Assembly: GCA_000165425.1 (NCBI GenBank)
Contig: CT868174.1
Span: forward strand, 62,001 to 126,000
Length of the DNA: 64,000 nt
Direction: 5' to 3'
From: Paramecium tetraurelia
Lineage: Eukaryota
The translations under genes and the position numbers were made by a program. The notes beneath the pieces were generated by a model. That model did no database searches, was not told the DNA's origin, and worked only from the letters and a program-made list of their open reading frames with translations. Every line of letters starts with the position of its first letter. Position 1 is the first letter of the stretch. Below, in pieces: positions 1 through 14,327 of the stretch.

Positions 1-286
1 ATCCAAAAATAAAAATCATAGGGAATGTTAAATGATTTATTATTGTATTGTTAGGATCATGTTTTACTCAAATTATTATTTCATTTTTCATTTAAAATAA
101 ATATCTTTTAATAGATTTATATCAACCAACATTTATTTTTATTCACAAACTTACAGTTTATACATACAATTAGATTTTTCAATCATAGTTTAATATTAAA
201 GATTTTGTGATTTTATATGATGTGTTTTTATTTTCTATTTTGAATGAACTAATAATTGAAGAAAAGATGATAAAAATAAATCAAAA

Positions 287-2147
287 TCATTTGAGAAGAG
301 ACGGAGGAGGATAGGCATTTATGTTCAAGCTGATATTTAATAATTAATTTATATTTGGTTTTTTTGGTTATTTGTTTTAATGGTTTGTTTATTAGTTGTC
401 AAAAATTGACTTCTATTTATTTATCTACAGTTAATTGATTCAAAATACCATTTTAAGATTAAGGATTAATTTAGAATTGTAATCCTTATGAACTATCCCC
501 CTACTATAAAAATGAATGTTAATATTTACATTAAGTTATCCTTATTTAGATATCTTAGTATTGGCAATCTTTTCCATACATGGACTTTCAACTATTGATT
601 TGATGGTATTTGACTCATTTTGAAAATCAAAAAAATTTTGATACGATCTTGGAGACATAAATCCAGAATTTTAAAATAGTTAATTGGATATTTTGTTGCC
701 TGCCTAAAAACTTTGAGTTTTTTTTAAGTATTCTTATTTTTATTAGGCATGGAACTATTTCAAGATTTGTAATTCCTTTTCTTGTCTTTATTCTAGGTCT
801 AAGAAGGTGTCATCCTTCTTTTTGTCCTATAAAATAATATAAAGATGAAATTACAATATAGGCCTTATAACACTACATAAAGACTTGATCCGTTTCTTCG
901 TCTGTTTATATGATAATGTTTTTCTTTTTCATTTGAATTTACTAAGGCTGTTTTTAGTTGCTGATTTCTGAGTTTGTTTCGAATTTGCTACTTCCTGCGG
1001 TCAACAAAATTTTGTTCGATAGATTGCATTTTAGAAGAGATGAATCTGAACAATAAAACAATTGTACTTTTGCTATCATCTCTCAATTGAATTAAGTATT
1101 GTTCATTAATAGCCACTGGCAAATTGTCATTCTCCTAGGTCTATCCATTAAAATGAGTGAGTAGCAATTCAGAAACAGAGGGTCTTTACTCAGGGGGTTT
1201 CAAACATCTGATTAGATTATGTGATATATTACTCTAAGATAATTGACTTGATTTTATCATTAAGAATTGCATCAATTGATTGTGGTTTCTACTATTCCAT
1301 TACCTTTTTGATCACTTAGCCGATACCTCCCTTACATTCACAGAATGGTTTGGCTCCAGTCACCATTTCTAAGAGACACATCCCAAAGGCATAGATATCT
1401 ACTTTAGTATCATAGTGTTCTTAATAGATTTCAGGGGCCATAAATTCTGGAGTTCCCAAAACAGAACTAGTGAAAGATGATTGTAATCTAATAATTGTTG
1501 CTATCCTTACTAGATGGAGAGTCCCAAATCTCCAATTTTTAATTCGTTATTATTTGTATCTATTAATATATTTTCACATTTTAAATCTCTATGAATGATG
1601 TTTTATTTGTGCATAAACTCAAGACCTAAGAGAATCTATCTGCACCAATTTTTGATGACTTTTAGTTTCGGTCTCAAGATTCTTCGCAAATAACTAGTGA
1701 ATGTGATTTATATTATTACTTCTTCAAAGAACCACCATTAATGATTTCAGTTATGAAAATTATTTCTTTCTTCTTTTTATTATGCCAAGAATGAATAAAA
1801 TTAATAATGTTGTTATGTTTTAAACTACTTAAGATTGAAATCTCCTATCTTGCTCTTCTTCTTTCATCTACAATAATTCAATGAAATCTGAATACTTTCT
1901 GGAACAGTATGCAATTAGAAAACATTCCAGGCCACTTCACAACCGCTTTGATTATCATATCCTCTGAACACACTTTTATAAGCCCCTTTGCCAATTTCTT
2001 CATTATACTGAGTTATAAATTGATAAATACTTTACAAAATCGACCTGTTGGATCCTACTCTATTATCTATGAAATTTATTCATCATCATCACTAAAAAAG
2101 CCGTTCTATTCATCTTGACTGATAGAGATGAGTTAGTTAATTTCCAT
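287..2147 (-). CDS. WNK-family Ser/Thr protein kinase
   Basis: Code-6 translation gives EQDPTGRF...[23 protein letters not shown] (Lys in the Gly-loop, none in subdomain II, the WNK hallmark), [29 protein letters not shown]. Several ~25-nt introns; ends ...PPPSLLK-TGA. Confidence 0.9.
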
Positions 2148-2374
2148 ATAACAAATTTTTGCTTAAATTTAATATTACATTTAACTAAACCAAAGTTTTT
2201 TGTATAATTTACATAACCAATTAAATCGAGCATGCTTAATAATTTGGTTATGTTATTCTTCAATTCCAAATTACTGAACAGACATTACTCATTTCTCAAT
2301 CGATTAGATTACTGTAATTTAATTCATGATTATTTTGACAAAAACTTCAATTTATATATTACAAATTTAAATAT

Positions 2375-3369
2375 ATGGCAAACCTAATTCATTGCAATAA
2401 TGGATATGTTTGCTTTGAAGGGCTCGCAGAATTCCTATTAAGCTTAATCTACTTCTCCTATTTGGTCACGAGATATAGAATAATTAGTCATGATAAAAGT
2501 GGAGTCCTGGTTCAAATAGATAGATATTTATGTTTTGCAGCTTTGATCTAAATATTTTTGCAGACCCTATATTTTTTATACTTTGGTAAGTTGCCTTAAT
2601 CTATTAGTTGTGCAGATAATGATTTTGTATTGTCAACTATCAAATGCATGGGCATTGCAATGCAAATTATGATTTGCAATATTTTGGGATCTATTGTGGC
2701 TGATGAAGAGTAGGCACCAAAAGTATGGTAATTGGCTAGAGCATTACTTATAGGCGCTTTTATTTTGTGGTTTTGGGCAGGCATTATTCATAAAAGTGCA
2801 ATAGAGTAGATTATTATATAATTTAGTTATAATTGTGTTTAAGTTGATTACCTAATAGTTTCAAGTTTTGGACTGATTTTGGCAGGTGGTTCATTTTACA
2901 TGGGCAATTTGGCATTAGAAGGTCATGTTGATTATAAAAATAAATTGGTTTGTTATTCTTTTTAATTTGATTTAAGGATATTGCAAGATCTGGAAACATT
3001 TAAGTTTAATAACATGCCCAAAAATATGAATAAGTCTTAATTAGAATTAAATAAATCACATTAATGCATTGTATTTAATATTATTATTAGATTGTGGATT
3101 GCTACAATTTGGAGTGTAATTTATGTTCGACATATTTACCTATTTCAAATGTGAAAATTCAAGGGAATGCACTAGTTATTACAATGCTACATCGACTCTT
3201 TCGGTTTTATTTATTTTTTAATTTTATTCAGGTGTTTTTCTTGACTCTTTTCAAATTGATTGAATTCACTACTCTTCCTGCTTCCATTTTCTGGATATTT
3301 TATGAAATGAATAAAGCTAAATTCCAAGAAGAAGATAGAAATACATTTGAGATGAATATCACTTAATGA
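2375..3369 (+). CDS. Multi-pass membrane protein, function unknown
   Basis: ATG GCA AAC CTA ATT (MANLIHCNNGYVCFEGLAEFLLSLIYFSYLV...), several hydrophobic segments and tiny introns. The ORF-track fragment 3094-3366 ends at TAA (Gln) followed by TGA. Confidence 0.65.
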
Positions 3370-3413
3370 TAATAATTAATTCTGTATATTTTATTAATAA
3401 TTTATATTGTTAC

Positions 3414-4154
3414 TCACTTTGTATCTGGATTTTACTACGCAGACATTGACATTGATATTGTTGATGGATTCTTATTTGGTAAAAAATTTTCAAATTCGTG
3501 GAGAATAATCTTTCTAGATTTTCTTTCTAGTCTTTTGTAATAATGAAAAATTAAAAATTTCTACCTATCCGTTATTGACCTGTTTTCTTCCGTATATTAT
3601 TTGAATTTCTCATATGTGATTTCTAAATCCTCCTTTTTCTTCTCATATACAGTTTCCATCAAGTTATCTAGATTATTATTATAAAGTATTTATATCTATT
3701 AATCTGCTTTGGTATACCTTTATTAAAGTACTCTGCAGCAATAATTACATTTTATTGTTTTTCTGGCCTCTTTTAATTCTGTATCTATATCAGGTTTTTT
3801 AACAAGTTTAGGTTTTTTAACTAGTTTAGCCTTTTTAATTTCTAATTGTGACACTGAGTACCTAACATGAGATTTTTCTAAAAATTTTTCAAAAAACTAT
3901 TCCATATTTAAAAAATGTTATGGGCAAATTACAATATATGACCTTTTTGAAGGTTATTCTGATATAACTTTGGCAGCCACTAACCTTACTTCATTGTAAT
4001 TTTATTATTATTCTTATTAAATTCCTTATACGCTATCCTGTTGTTCAATAAAACAGATTTCACATTCAAAAGCATACTTTGCTAGCAATTATAGAGTTCC
4101 CTAAGGTCTTGTATCTCCAGTTTCTGCTTAGAAATAGTATTAAGATGAACTCAT
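3414..4154 (-). CDS. Hypothetical protein with CxxC/His motifs (possible Zn-binding)
   Basis: Uninterrupted 247-codon code-6 frame MSSSQYYFQAETG...CEIC...ICPQH...KCNYCCR...NPDTK-TGA. Confidence 0.6.
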
Positions 4155-4274
4155 TAAAAATAATTGAAAAAAATGATTTATTTAATTCACTTATATACAA
4201 AAATATCTCTATAATAGAATAGAATTATAAAATATATAAAACAAGAGAGGTACATATTTTCTTCAATCATGTAG

Positions 4275-6003
4275 TCATTCTTTTAGTAACATTTCAGCTA
4301 TGGATTTAATGCACTCTTTTTGCTAAATGACACTTTCTAATTTATTCTCTTATTTTGAAAGCGATTAAAAAAAATCTTATTGTTTTTTCATAGTATCCCC
4401 TTTCTAATTTTCAAAACTAAATAAACTACGAAATTCATAATTTATTTTCGTTATATTTTTGTTCTTCATTTTTATTCTTTGATTTCTCGCCTCAATTCTA
4501 GATTAAATTGGAAACTTGATTGTATCATATTAATTAGTAATTTATTCAAATTCATTTAAACTCAAACTTATTAATTAAGAGTTTTTAGACATAAGAGCAG
4601 ATGAGAAATAGGAACTCCTACCTTCCGATTGAATATCAGATGATACTTATTCACCAATTTGTGGTTAATTTAACTATTGCATGACCATTTAATGATCAAC
4701 TAAAAGTCCACTGTAATTAGTGGTCGAATTACTTTTTAGAAGTTCACTATTTTTTTTTTCATTACTAACTCTCTTTGCTATTGCACTAATCGTAGGTTCT
4801 TATTGAGATTTCAAAAATTAATCAAAAGTGAGTAGATTTTATAACGACTATTCAAAATCAAGACCCAACTCATTTGCATCTAAAAATATGGGCTGAATTT
4901 GATATTCCTTAAAATAGGTATTATTAAGTTATTATTATTCCTCCTAAGTGAGTTTGAGTATTTATTGACAAAAGAGATCCTCTACGAAATCAAATAAAAT
5001 AGTATCAACATAATTCTCCACTATCCATTCTGGAAATATGGTAAGTACATACTAATTATCAAGAAACCAAAATTGAAAAAAGTCATGATAATCTCCTTTA
5101 AATTTTTCCTCGTACAATTATTTGCTCTATTCCTATAGTTATTGAATTATATTTGGTATAACAAATTCATCACTGCCTGCAAATTACAAATTATAAACAT
5201 CCGTACTCATTTCCATAAGGACTGTAGCAATTCTACTTAAGGGGAGATCTGATTTTCTCTCCTTTCTACCTAATAGTATTTAATTTATAGCAAATTATTT
5301 ATCTATGCTTACTTATCCACCCCAAATTTTTGCTCCAAACATTTCTACTTTTAAACTTGGTCTTAAGTTGGTGTGAAAATGCTCATCAAAAGCTTGATTA
5401 ATTTTTTAAAACGAATATTTCTTCGATAAATTTGATAACTTTTATGAGAAATGCTCCCATATTGTAACATAAATGATCCATTGTAGTTTTTAGTCCTTCT
5501 CGCATTGCAATAATAAAGTATTTGTGATTGTACAATAATTTTTAATACCCTTTATTAATGAGATCCAACCAGGTTCTTGCAGTTTGCTGCATTTAAATGT
5601 ATCTAACTATTTGATATCAAACATTCTTAATGATTTGATATCATTGATTTTTAATTAGACTTAATGTTAATCAGCTGCGTCCTCTTCTAGTTAACTTCTT
5701 ATCGTTGGAGGTTCAAGCAGCTTTTTCTAAAAAGTAGACAACATATTTAAGTGTTCATAGTCTTCTGGAATGTATTTTTCAAAATCCAAATGATCCTAAC
5801 CAAAATATTTGAACTAATTCTCTCTAAAATGTTAATAAAATTTACATTTCTTTCGAAATTTTTGGCATTTTAAGTATAACTTATTTTAACTATCCTTACA
5901 CCTCAATACTTAACTATACTTCAACATTGGGAATCAAATTCTATAAATAATCTAATCCTGTTAAACAATTCTTAATTCGGGTTTTTCCTTGTCCTGAGCC
6001 CAT
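4275..6003 (-). CDS. Hypothetical protein (N-terminal MG, possible myristoylation; weak resemblance to cullin-repeat helices)
   Basis: Long code-6 frame starting MGSGQGKTRIKN and ending ...AEMLLKE-TGA. Family resemblance is by eye only. Confidence 0.55.
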
Positions 6004-6870
6004 ATATAAATATTAATATATTGATTTTTCTAGTAATCAATCTAATAACTCAAAAATTATAGACTGTTCTATATTTATATAATCTAATATTTTGTATAAG
6101 AAAATTCGTAAGAATTAGATTTAGTTTTCGTTAATTTAGCTTTAGACTAATTTTGAAACATCATTTTCTAATTACATTTAATAATCTTCACTTTTTATAA
6201 TATAAATTTGATAAATTTAGAATTTCTCTTCACAATCCCCATTATTGCAAGGCTGATATAATTTATAACGAAAAATGAAATAAAGACACAATATCAATTA
6301 ATAGAATTATTGTGAAGAGCTTTTACACCACTTTCCCCCCTTAATTAATTAACTTATCAAATGATAGTTCATAAGTATTTTCTTAAATTTAAAATATTTT
6401 AATCCTATATTTATAATAAGATAATAATTGCAATAATGATGGCATTATTGCAATTAATAACATTCTCTATATAACTTTCTCATAAAATGATTATAATTCA
6501 AGTTGAGTCTCACTTCTTCAAAATTGGAGATAATATTTTATAATGATTTGCTATTAATTTATATGCTAATCATATACTTACTATTTTTATGGATTCTTAT
6601 TTATTTATGAATTTAGTAGAACAAAGTAAATAAATAAGATTTTATCTAGCATTAACTAGAAATTATGTAATCCAATAACTAATTTGCTAATATTTTTTAA
6701 AAATATTCCAAAAAACCCAAAATAAATTAACTTATCAATAATATCACCTTATAAATTGAACAATTTTAATGTTAAACAAAATTATATTAGATTGGATTGC
6801 TAAATTGTTGGAATTTATAAAGATTAATTAAATTGGTCAAAAATATGAATTAATAATTATGCATAATTGT

Positions 6871-7536
6871 TCAACGAATCGAAGCATATTAAGTAATTTC
6901 TGGCATTTTGAAATCTGGAAAACTTAACCCTTAGTTTTGTTTCCTAAAATAAATTTGAATTTTCATACTCTCTTGGTCCAAATATTCTTACTTGTCTGAT
7001 ATGTGTATCTTTTCCACTGTGTTAATTTTATAAAACTACTACTTAGATGTTAATTGTCGACACATAAGGTCTTAATATAGAGATAATTCAGTACTTTTCC
7101 TATCCATTAAGTAATTTGGTTTTAAGTTGAAATACAAACCATCCATATGGTTCTTTCAATTCAATGTAGAGTACTTCCTAGATTAGATTTCAATTTGTAC
7201 TTTCATGTCTTGAATATTAGTTCCTGCTCGAATTGATAATTTATTGGGAGTGTAGCTTTCATCTTATTTGAAATCTAAATAAACAGCTACTTCTTAAACT
7301 CTCATTTTCTTAAGAAATTGTATTGTGATGTTATGGGGTTGCGTGCCATCAGATTGCCAGAATGTATTCAAATTATCATCTCTTAATTGATCTACTCCAT
7401 TTCCCGTCTTAGCCGATGATAAAGTCCAGATGGCTTAATCGCCAATCTCCTTCCTCTATTAATTGGGCAAAGGAGGATTATTTTGAGGCACGAACTAGGT
7501 CTAGATAACAGAGAGAAATGGATTTTCAATGTGCAT
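6871..7536 (-). CDS. APC10: Anaphase-promoting complex subunit 10 (DOC domain)
   Basis: [39 protein letters not shown]...DESYTP...[14 protein letters not shown], with C-terminal IR tail (YASIR-TGA). Confidence 0.95.
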
Positions 7537-7577
7537 GTTTAATTTCAAATTATTAAAATTAATTAGACGAATAGTTT

Positions 7578-8696
7578 ATGTTCAAACCACCACTACCAAA
7601 CCAAAGAATGTCAAGTAAAGCTTTAGAGTAGCCGTTGATTCAGATTCGAAGCATAGGATCAAGCCAAGGTAATCGTCCCAATAGAACCTCCAGTGGTTCT
7701 AATTATAGACCAGGATCAAGTTCGAGATCTTAAAGTTGTTCTAAAATAGATCTGCACTCTAAATATGGTGTACCATTGGTGACAGCTCAAAACTTTATTG
7801 TAATGAATGGTATTGATGGATAACATTTGACAGTACTGCAATTAAATAATACAAGAGAACTTTAATTCAAAAAAGAGAGTATAAGTTGCCTCACTTACTA
7901 AGTTGATGACATGCTACGTAGCGATCTAATTAATTAGAGATCTCAAGCTCAATCTTTATTAGATTGTGTACGTTAGTTATGATGTATATATTTTAACATT
8001 TAAGGCTGTTTAAATCTCAGGAACTTCAGCATTTTTACATCCCTATGATAGAATTACCCTATATGATTTACTACATGGCTTAATGTTGCCTTCTGGGAAT
8101 GATGCTGCAAATGTAATCGCAGAAAACCTCTCGTAATGTGTTAAAGATCCTGTTTCCAACATCGCCTTACATTACAGGATTCAACCGTTTATTTCACTTA
8201 TGAATTAATACGCACTTCAACTCGAAATGAATGATACTTAATTCTACAATCCGCATGGTAAATTCATCCAATATTCCCAAGGATTATCAAATGATCAATC
8301 GTATTCATGTGCTGAAGATTTGGCAATCCTATGCAAATAAATTATCAATGACCCAATGTTAATGGAAATAGTGAATAAAAAAGAGCATTAAGCAACTGTG
8401 CAGAGAAATGTACAGTGAATTATATATTCCCATTAGAATAAACTTATAAATTTGACTTGGAAGAATACTAACAGGATGTTGGAGTACGAAGGCTATTGTG
8501 GATTTAAGACAGGATTTACCAATAAGGCTGGGCCATGTCTTGCTACTTTATTTAAAAACGACTAAATTTGCCTTATTATAATTATTTTGAATTGTCTATC
8601 TAAGGAAGTTCGGTAATGATGATATTGATTATAAATAGGTGGGATGATACAATTAAGCTGTCAAATTGGGCTCAAAGAAAGCTAGATGTAGATTGA
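7578..8696 (+). CDS. Serine-type D-Ala-D-Ala carboxypeptidase-like protein (peptidase S11 / low-MW PBP fold)
   Basis: VASLTKLMT (SxxK), LMLPSGNDAA (SxN), FYNPHG, NTNRML, GFKTGFTNKAGPCL (KTG). Contains several tiny GT-AG introns. Confidence 0.88.
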
Positions 8697-8784
8697 TTTA
8701 TTAATTAAATTTCATATTCATTCATATAGATTCGGTTATATATAAAATGATGTTCAAGCAAGCAAGTTTTTGGGTAGAGAATAT

Positions 8785-10070
8785 TCATTCAAAAAATTAA
8801 TTTCTAAGAACTCTTTCATTGTTTTTCTCTTATGTTTTGGGCATATCAGCATCAATGTTAAAATCTAGAATATAAATGATATGGTATTACTCTCTTAGCC
8901 ACTCTGAATAATTCTTTCATTGCTTTATTTGGGAAGAATTGAGTGTAATTGCAATTAGTATCGGAATATGGGAAAGCATCATGTAATAGGAGCATCTTGG
9001 GAAATAGCCAAATATATTACTTTCACTATTTCTGTGTGACCATTAAACATGGCATAATATAGGGGAGTTTTCTTATTCTTGTCTAGAGCATTCACATCAG
9101 CCTTAAATCTCAAGAGCATTTTGGTAATATCATATAGACCTTATTGACAAGAAATATGCAAGGGAGTCATGAGAGAATTGTCCACTTCATGAATGAATGA
9201 CTTGTTATAAGATAGATGTTTAAGCAATTAGTTATAGTTTTTCTATTTCAAAGCCATGAACATTTGTTTCGAATTGTGTCTTAGGTAGGGAATCTTTAAT
9301 TGTGTAATCATATATTTCTTGGAATACATTGTGTTGTTATGACGAGATGAAAAGTTTTATAAGATTAAGAATTTGGCTTTTTTCCATTTATTAGTCTTAT
9401 AGTACACACTCTACTCCAGTTTGGATCTTTGTTTTTTCTTGGTTTCACTCCATTGTATAGTTTGGGTAGCTAACTTTTAGACTAGATTGGCACTATTTTC
9501 ATTGTTTTCGATCGTTTCTGGTTTTATCAATTTTATCAAGGGAACATCAACGCTAGAATTATGATCAGCACTCATGTATTCGGTTTTATTAATCATTTCA
9601 CACATCTTTTAATAGTTGTTAGAATTAACTCCATTGAATTGATTGTGTCTATCTTGAATATATTGGATGGATTCATCAATTTTATTGAGACGCTATTTAA
9701 AAATCAATCTGTTTTCAGGACTCATACGAGAATTGTGAAGTGAAGTCTTCAGTATTCTACTCTATTTAATCCTTCCCTTTAATGGTGATTCGATTATCTT
9801 TTCTGGTGAACATGGATTCACAGTTTTATTTGAACTTGATATCGCCCCAATATATTAAATATGCTTTGGTTGATTGATCTGGAAACGAGACTCAGTTCGT
9901 TACAAATTTAATTGATGTAATTTCTGACTGTATTATTATTTTTATAAGCTCTGAGAAAGCATTTTGAGAGTGCTCTGTCCTCCTTATTAGTGACAGAGTG
10001 ATTGATATTTATTATGAAGTGAATAGGCATTACGACTACGAATTCTACTTTGCAACAAGTCCTCCATCAT
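8785..10070 (-). CDS. Ankyrin-repeat protein
   Basis: C-terminal MTPLHISCQQGLYDITKMLLRFKADVNALDKNKKTPLYYAMFNGHTEIVK ankyrin motifs, with a low-complexity N-terminus. Confidence 0.8.
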
Positions 10071-10098
10071 TTTAGTATAAATAATTATAATACTATAA

Positions 10099-11763
10099 TC
10101 ATTTTCCAAAAATTTTAATAAAGTCTCTATAACTTATCTGTCCATCACCATCATAATCCAGTTCGGCCAACAATAAATCTACATCTTGGTGCACAGTCTT
10201 GAATTGATTCGCCTACAGGAAATCAGTAATCTATCTAAGTTAATACTCTTACGTCTTAATGAGTTATTTACTATCTATCATAAGCTAGCATGTAAAAGAT
10301 TTCACTGATATCGAATTACTATTTGCTTTAATATTCCTTCGTTTGGTGTATCTTCTACTAAAATTGCTCGATCAATTCTAATAGCAATTTCATTGATATT
10401 TCTGTTTGCGTTAACATGTTTCCCTTGTGTTTTTGATCTTTCTTCAGTAGCATCTCTACTGCCTAAGGATCTTTTGGCTCAATCATTTTGATATACTCTG
10501 AAAATCTCATCTTGTTATCTTTTCCATAACGATCCAATATCAATTACGGGTTTTTGCAAAAAGAGTTCAAGTCACTCTTAATCAAAATCCCTTTAAACCC
10601 TTTATCCAATTTTTAAAATGAAGAATACAATGAAAAATCATCATGATTGCTCAACAGAATCTTTTAACGTTCAACCTTCTTCACCAACTAAATCAAACTC
10701 ACAAATAGCTAGACATAATAATTAACTGGTTCCAGGGCTTCATATTTTGCAACTGACTAAGTCTTCTTTAAAGTTTAGATATCATCCTCGTAAAAACTTG
10801 TTATTGGTTTATGAGTCATTGTTTTGTAGGATAGTTCCTATTTTGAGGAGTGATTACTATTCTACAATAATTAAGAATGCATTTAGGCTCTCACTTCGGT
10901 TTTCTACTTCTGATATTTTTTAGGTGTATTGTACGAGTAATTGGACAAAGGGGGTTTAGTGGACTAATAAAACCCCTATTTAGATATAGAGAGTAGGTCA
11001 CTCATTGTGGAATCCTATTATTTCCTCTTTGTTGAACTATATCTTGTGCTATTGAATTTCTGTTATTATTTGTATGAATTTGAATTGACTTATAATACTG
11101 ATTTCCTCGCACTCACCCATAAATTCCATTCATTTCTATCTATCTTTCCATCATTTAACAAATCTATCCTGTTAAATATCTATTAAATCTCAATAGAATT
11201 AGTAGTTATTTGCTTATGCTTGAAATAACTCTATAGATCTTGATGATATATGTAATTCTGATAACAGATCTTATCAAAATAATTTGGATCAATCTGCTGC
11301 TTGTAATTCTCAGCCTGTATAGTTAATTTGATTTCCCTATAATAATTTGCTTAAAATTATACGCTTCCATTAGTTTTGCAAACAAATACTAAGTTCTCTC
11401 GCTTATGATCTTTTAATCTGAAGGTGTTTACTATGTAATCTTTTCTCTTAAATCCTAATTTGATATAGGCAGAATGGCTCTCAAAAATCTTATAATCAAT
11501 CTCATAATTACTCAGAGTATACTAATTTGCTATCTTTATTTTAATTGTAATTCTCTACGTACGTTTTGGTTGGCAGATTAGATGGAAACTTTCTCTCACT
11601 AAGATAAAAAGATAAATCTTGAGCAGTTAAGTACCCCTACCATATTTATTATATGTACTTTTGGTTCATCTTTCATGCAATCAATAAATTTGAATAAGTT
11701 ATAAGGTTGGAAATAAGCCTCTGAACATAAAACTTCTCGTAGAACTTCTATTTCTTATTCCAT
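10099..11763 (-). CDS. EF-hand domain protein
   Basis: MEQEIEVLREVLCSEAYFQPYNLFKFID... and IFNRIDLLNDGKIDRNEWNLWV, plus a C-terminal DVDLLLAELDYDGDGQISYRDFIK EF-hand. Confidence 0.7.
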
Positions 11764-12255
11764 ATATGCATAATATAGTAGCAAGTCAGTTAATTAGTTA
11801 TCAGACATTTTATTAATAAAAATATTTTTTATAGATTATTAAATCATAGAGTTAGACTTTCATACTATGGAATTAAATAGTAAGTAGTTTTCTTTAAGAA
11901 TTAGAGTAAAGCTAGCTACCTTGCATTAATCAAACAAAAAGAGGAAATTGGGCTTCTGGGTTTTTTGGAGGCTTTTCTGTTATAACCCATTTATTTCCTC
12001 TATTTTACAAAAATCAAGTTATGGATTTATTAAAATTAATAAACTTAGAATTAAATTTTCATACATAAGGACATTGTTATCTATATAAAAATGTTAATTT
12101 CTTTAAAGGTTAGTTAAGTTAGTTAAAATTGTGATTTTATGAATGTCCTAAGTTTATAATAGTCATTGAGATAATAATGATAATCTTGATTTAAATGAAT
12201 TTACTAGAATAGTAATGTTAATGATTTAAAAATATAATAAGAATAAAATTTTCAA

Positions 12256-13695
12256 TCAAGCTCTAACTATCTGCCTATTGGAAGGGGTGGAACTTTGGAG
12301 AGTAATGTTTTGCTTGTAGGAGTGATTTTAGGGGAATTTTCATCGTTTTCATGTAATTAGTGTTCAAAACTTTCTTGGGACATCATGGGATTGGTGTCAA
12401 CTGAATTTCTAATTTTTTTAGTTGAATTGGGGATTATTTAAATAGGAATACTATTTTATTAAGAATTAATTTGTGAAATTAGGCTGGTTGCTTTGGAATT
12501 GTTAAATTTATTAGATATGCTGTTTCCATATCTCTAATTAATCACAACTGAATTCTCAATTTATTTGCTATTATTTTATGACGACTTTTATGATGATTCT
12601 TGATGTAGGTTACCATGAGATTGATCAATTGAATAGAATTATTCTGATTAAAAAGTGCACATGTTATTATTTTCATTTACAGAAGGTTAAGAAAATCTTT
12701 TCGATTAAATGTTCTTAATGTCTTAAAATACATTTCGACTCTATTGAATTGATGACGGTGGTTGAACAATTTCCTTCTAAATTGATTAGAAATTGCTAGC
12801 ACTACTTTCTTCAGAGCTAATCTTATTTGATTTAAAAGGACTAACATATTTATTTAAGCTTACTTTTCAAATTAACTAAATAATATTGCATATTTTTATA
12901 ATTCCAATTTCTTATCATTCAATTCATCTTCTAATCTTTCGATCTCCTTAATTTACTCTTGATTGCATTGTAGCAGATTGAGCATCTCCAATTGTTACTG
13001 TCTAAATTATAATTAGATATCGAAGGTGTAGCTCTTATTTTCCTCTCCTATTTTAATCAAGATCTCCTTCAAGATATCCTTATGACTCTAGTTAATTCTT
13101 AAGGCTCCGTCCAATCTCTCCCTGATTTCAAGGTTGTCGTGATATTCTAATTTGTTCATCTCAGTGATTTCATTTGGAAATTGATGAAATTTTTGATATT
13201 GTTCTTGGATGATTGCATTGAGTTCAGACAAAGAATTTTATATTTCAATCTATTCTTGAACATTGCAGAAGATATCCTAACTGATTATATTGATAGTTAC
13301 CTCACAAACTCGCTCTAAACACTTTTCTCGGTCTTCAAAATTAAAAGATGAACCCATGCTCTACCTCACTTAAATCAGTTATTGCAATGATTATTGGAGT
13401 TCATTTTTTGCATCCTTAACTAATTGTTGTCGAGCTGCTAAAATTTAGTTCGATTTTTGAATTAGTTTTTCATTAATAGTATCAATTTATTAAGATGTCA
13501 TGGTGTCAAATTATTCGAGAATATCTGATATTTCTTTCATTCTAGTAATATGTCCACATTTATTGCAAACATTTGGCAATCTGATTATTTCTATATATTG
13601 CAAGCAATGTTACTTATAAGTAGTTCGAATGGGTTACGCAATTTGATTTGAGTCTAAGACTTCCCTCTAGAGTGTTCTGACTATCTAGTGTCCAT
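12256..13695 (-). CDS. Hypothetical coiled-coil protein
   Basis: Long code-6 frame MDTRQSEHSREEVLDS...; Gln/Glu/Ile-rich heptads and a Ser-rich C-terminus ending ...IVRA-TGA. Confidence 0.6.
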
Positions 13696-14327
13696 CGCTA
13701 CTAATTATTTAAATTTATTTATTAATTTGAATGTGTTCGTTATATATATACAAATATTTATAAGTATTGAAGGTAAATAACTAACTATTTTCATTATTAG
13801 TTACATTTCATTTAGAATTGAATACCACGTGAATCTCATAGATAGAGAGAATTCAATGAGAGGATGGATTTGATAACGGAGATGAGATCATATTCTGATT
13901 ATATATAGGATTTGGCAAAGAAATAACCATAAATAAGAATTGAATGTTCTAACAAATATTGTTTTCAAATATAGATACTTATGGAGAATAAATTATTCAA
14001 CTAGTAGTAGTATATTACAGAGAAATACTTGTGATTATTGTTACAATAAGATGAATTTTAAATTTACATTTTATTAATTGTGATATTCCAAGTCTTTCAT
14101 ACACAAAGAAGATTTTACTTTAAAACTAGAGTTTAATACAAAAAATTGGGTTATTACTATAAGATATAAAGCTTATACATTCATTTATTTGATAAAGATG
14201 TGCTTCAATAGTTTTCAGATTTCCAATAGAGATTAATAAATCCAACGTCAACAGATTGTTAAAAGTTATGAAATAGCCAGATTAATATGAGGAAATTATT
14301 TATAATCTAATTATAAATTAAATTAAA

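Noticed and set aside
7578..8696. Bacterial contamination or chimeric assembly
   Set aside because: The gene uses TAA/TAG as Gln, has ciliate-size introns and matches the flanking base composition.
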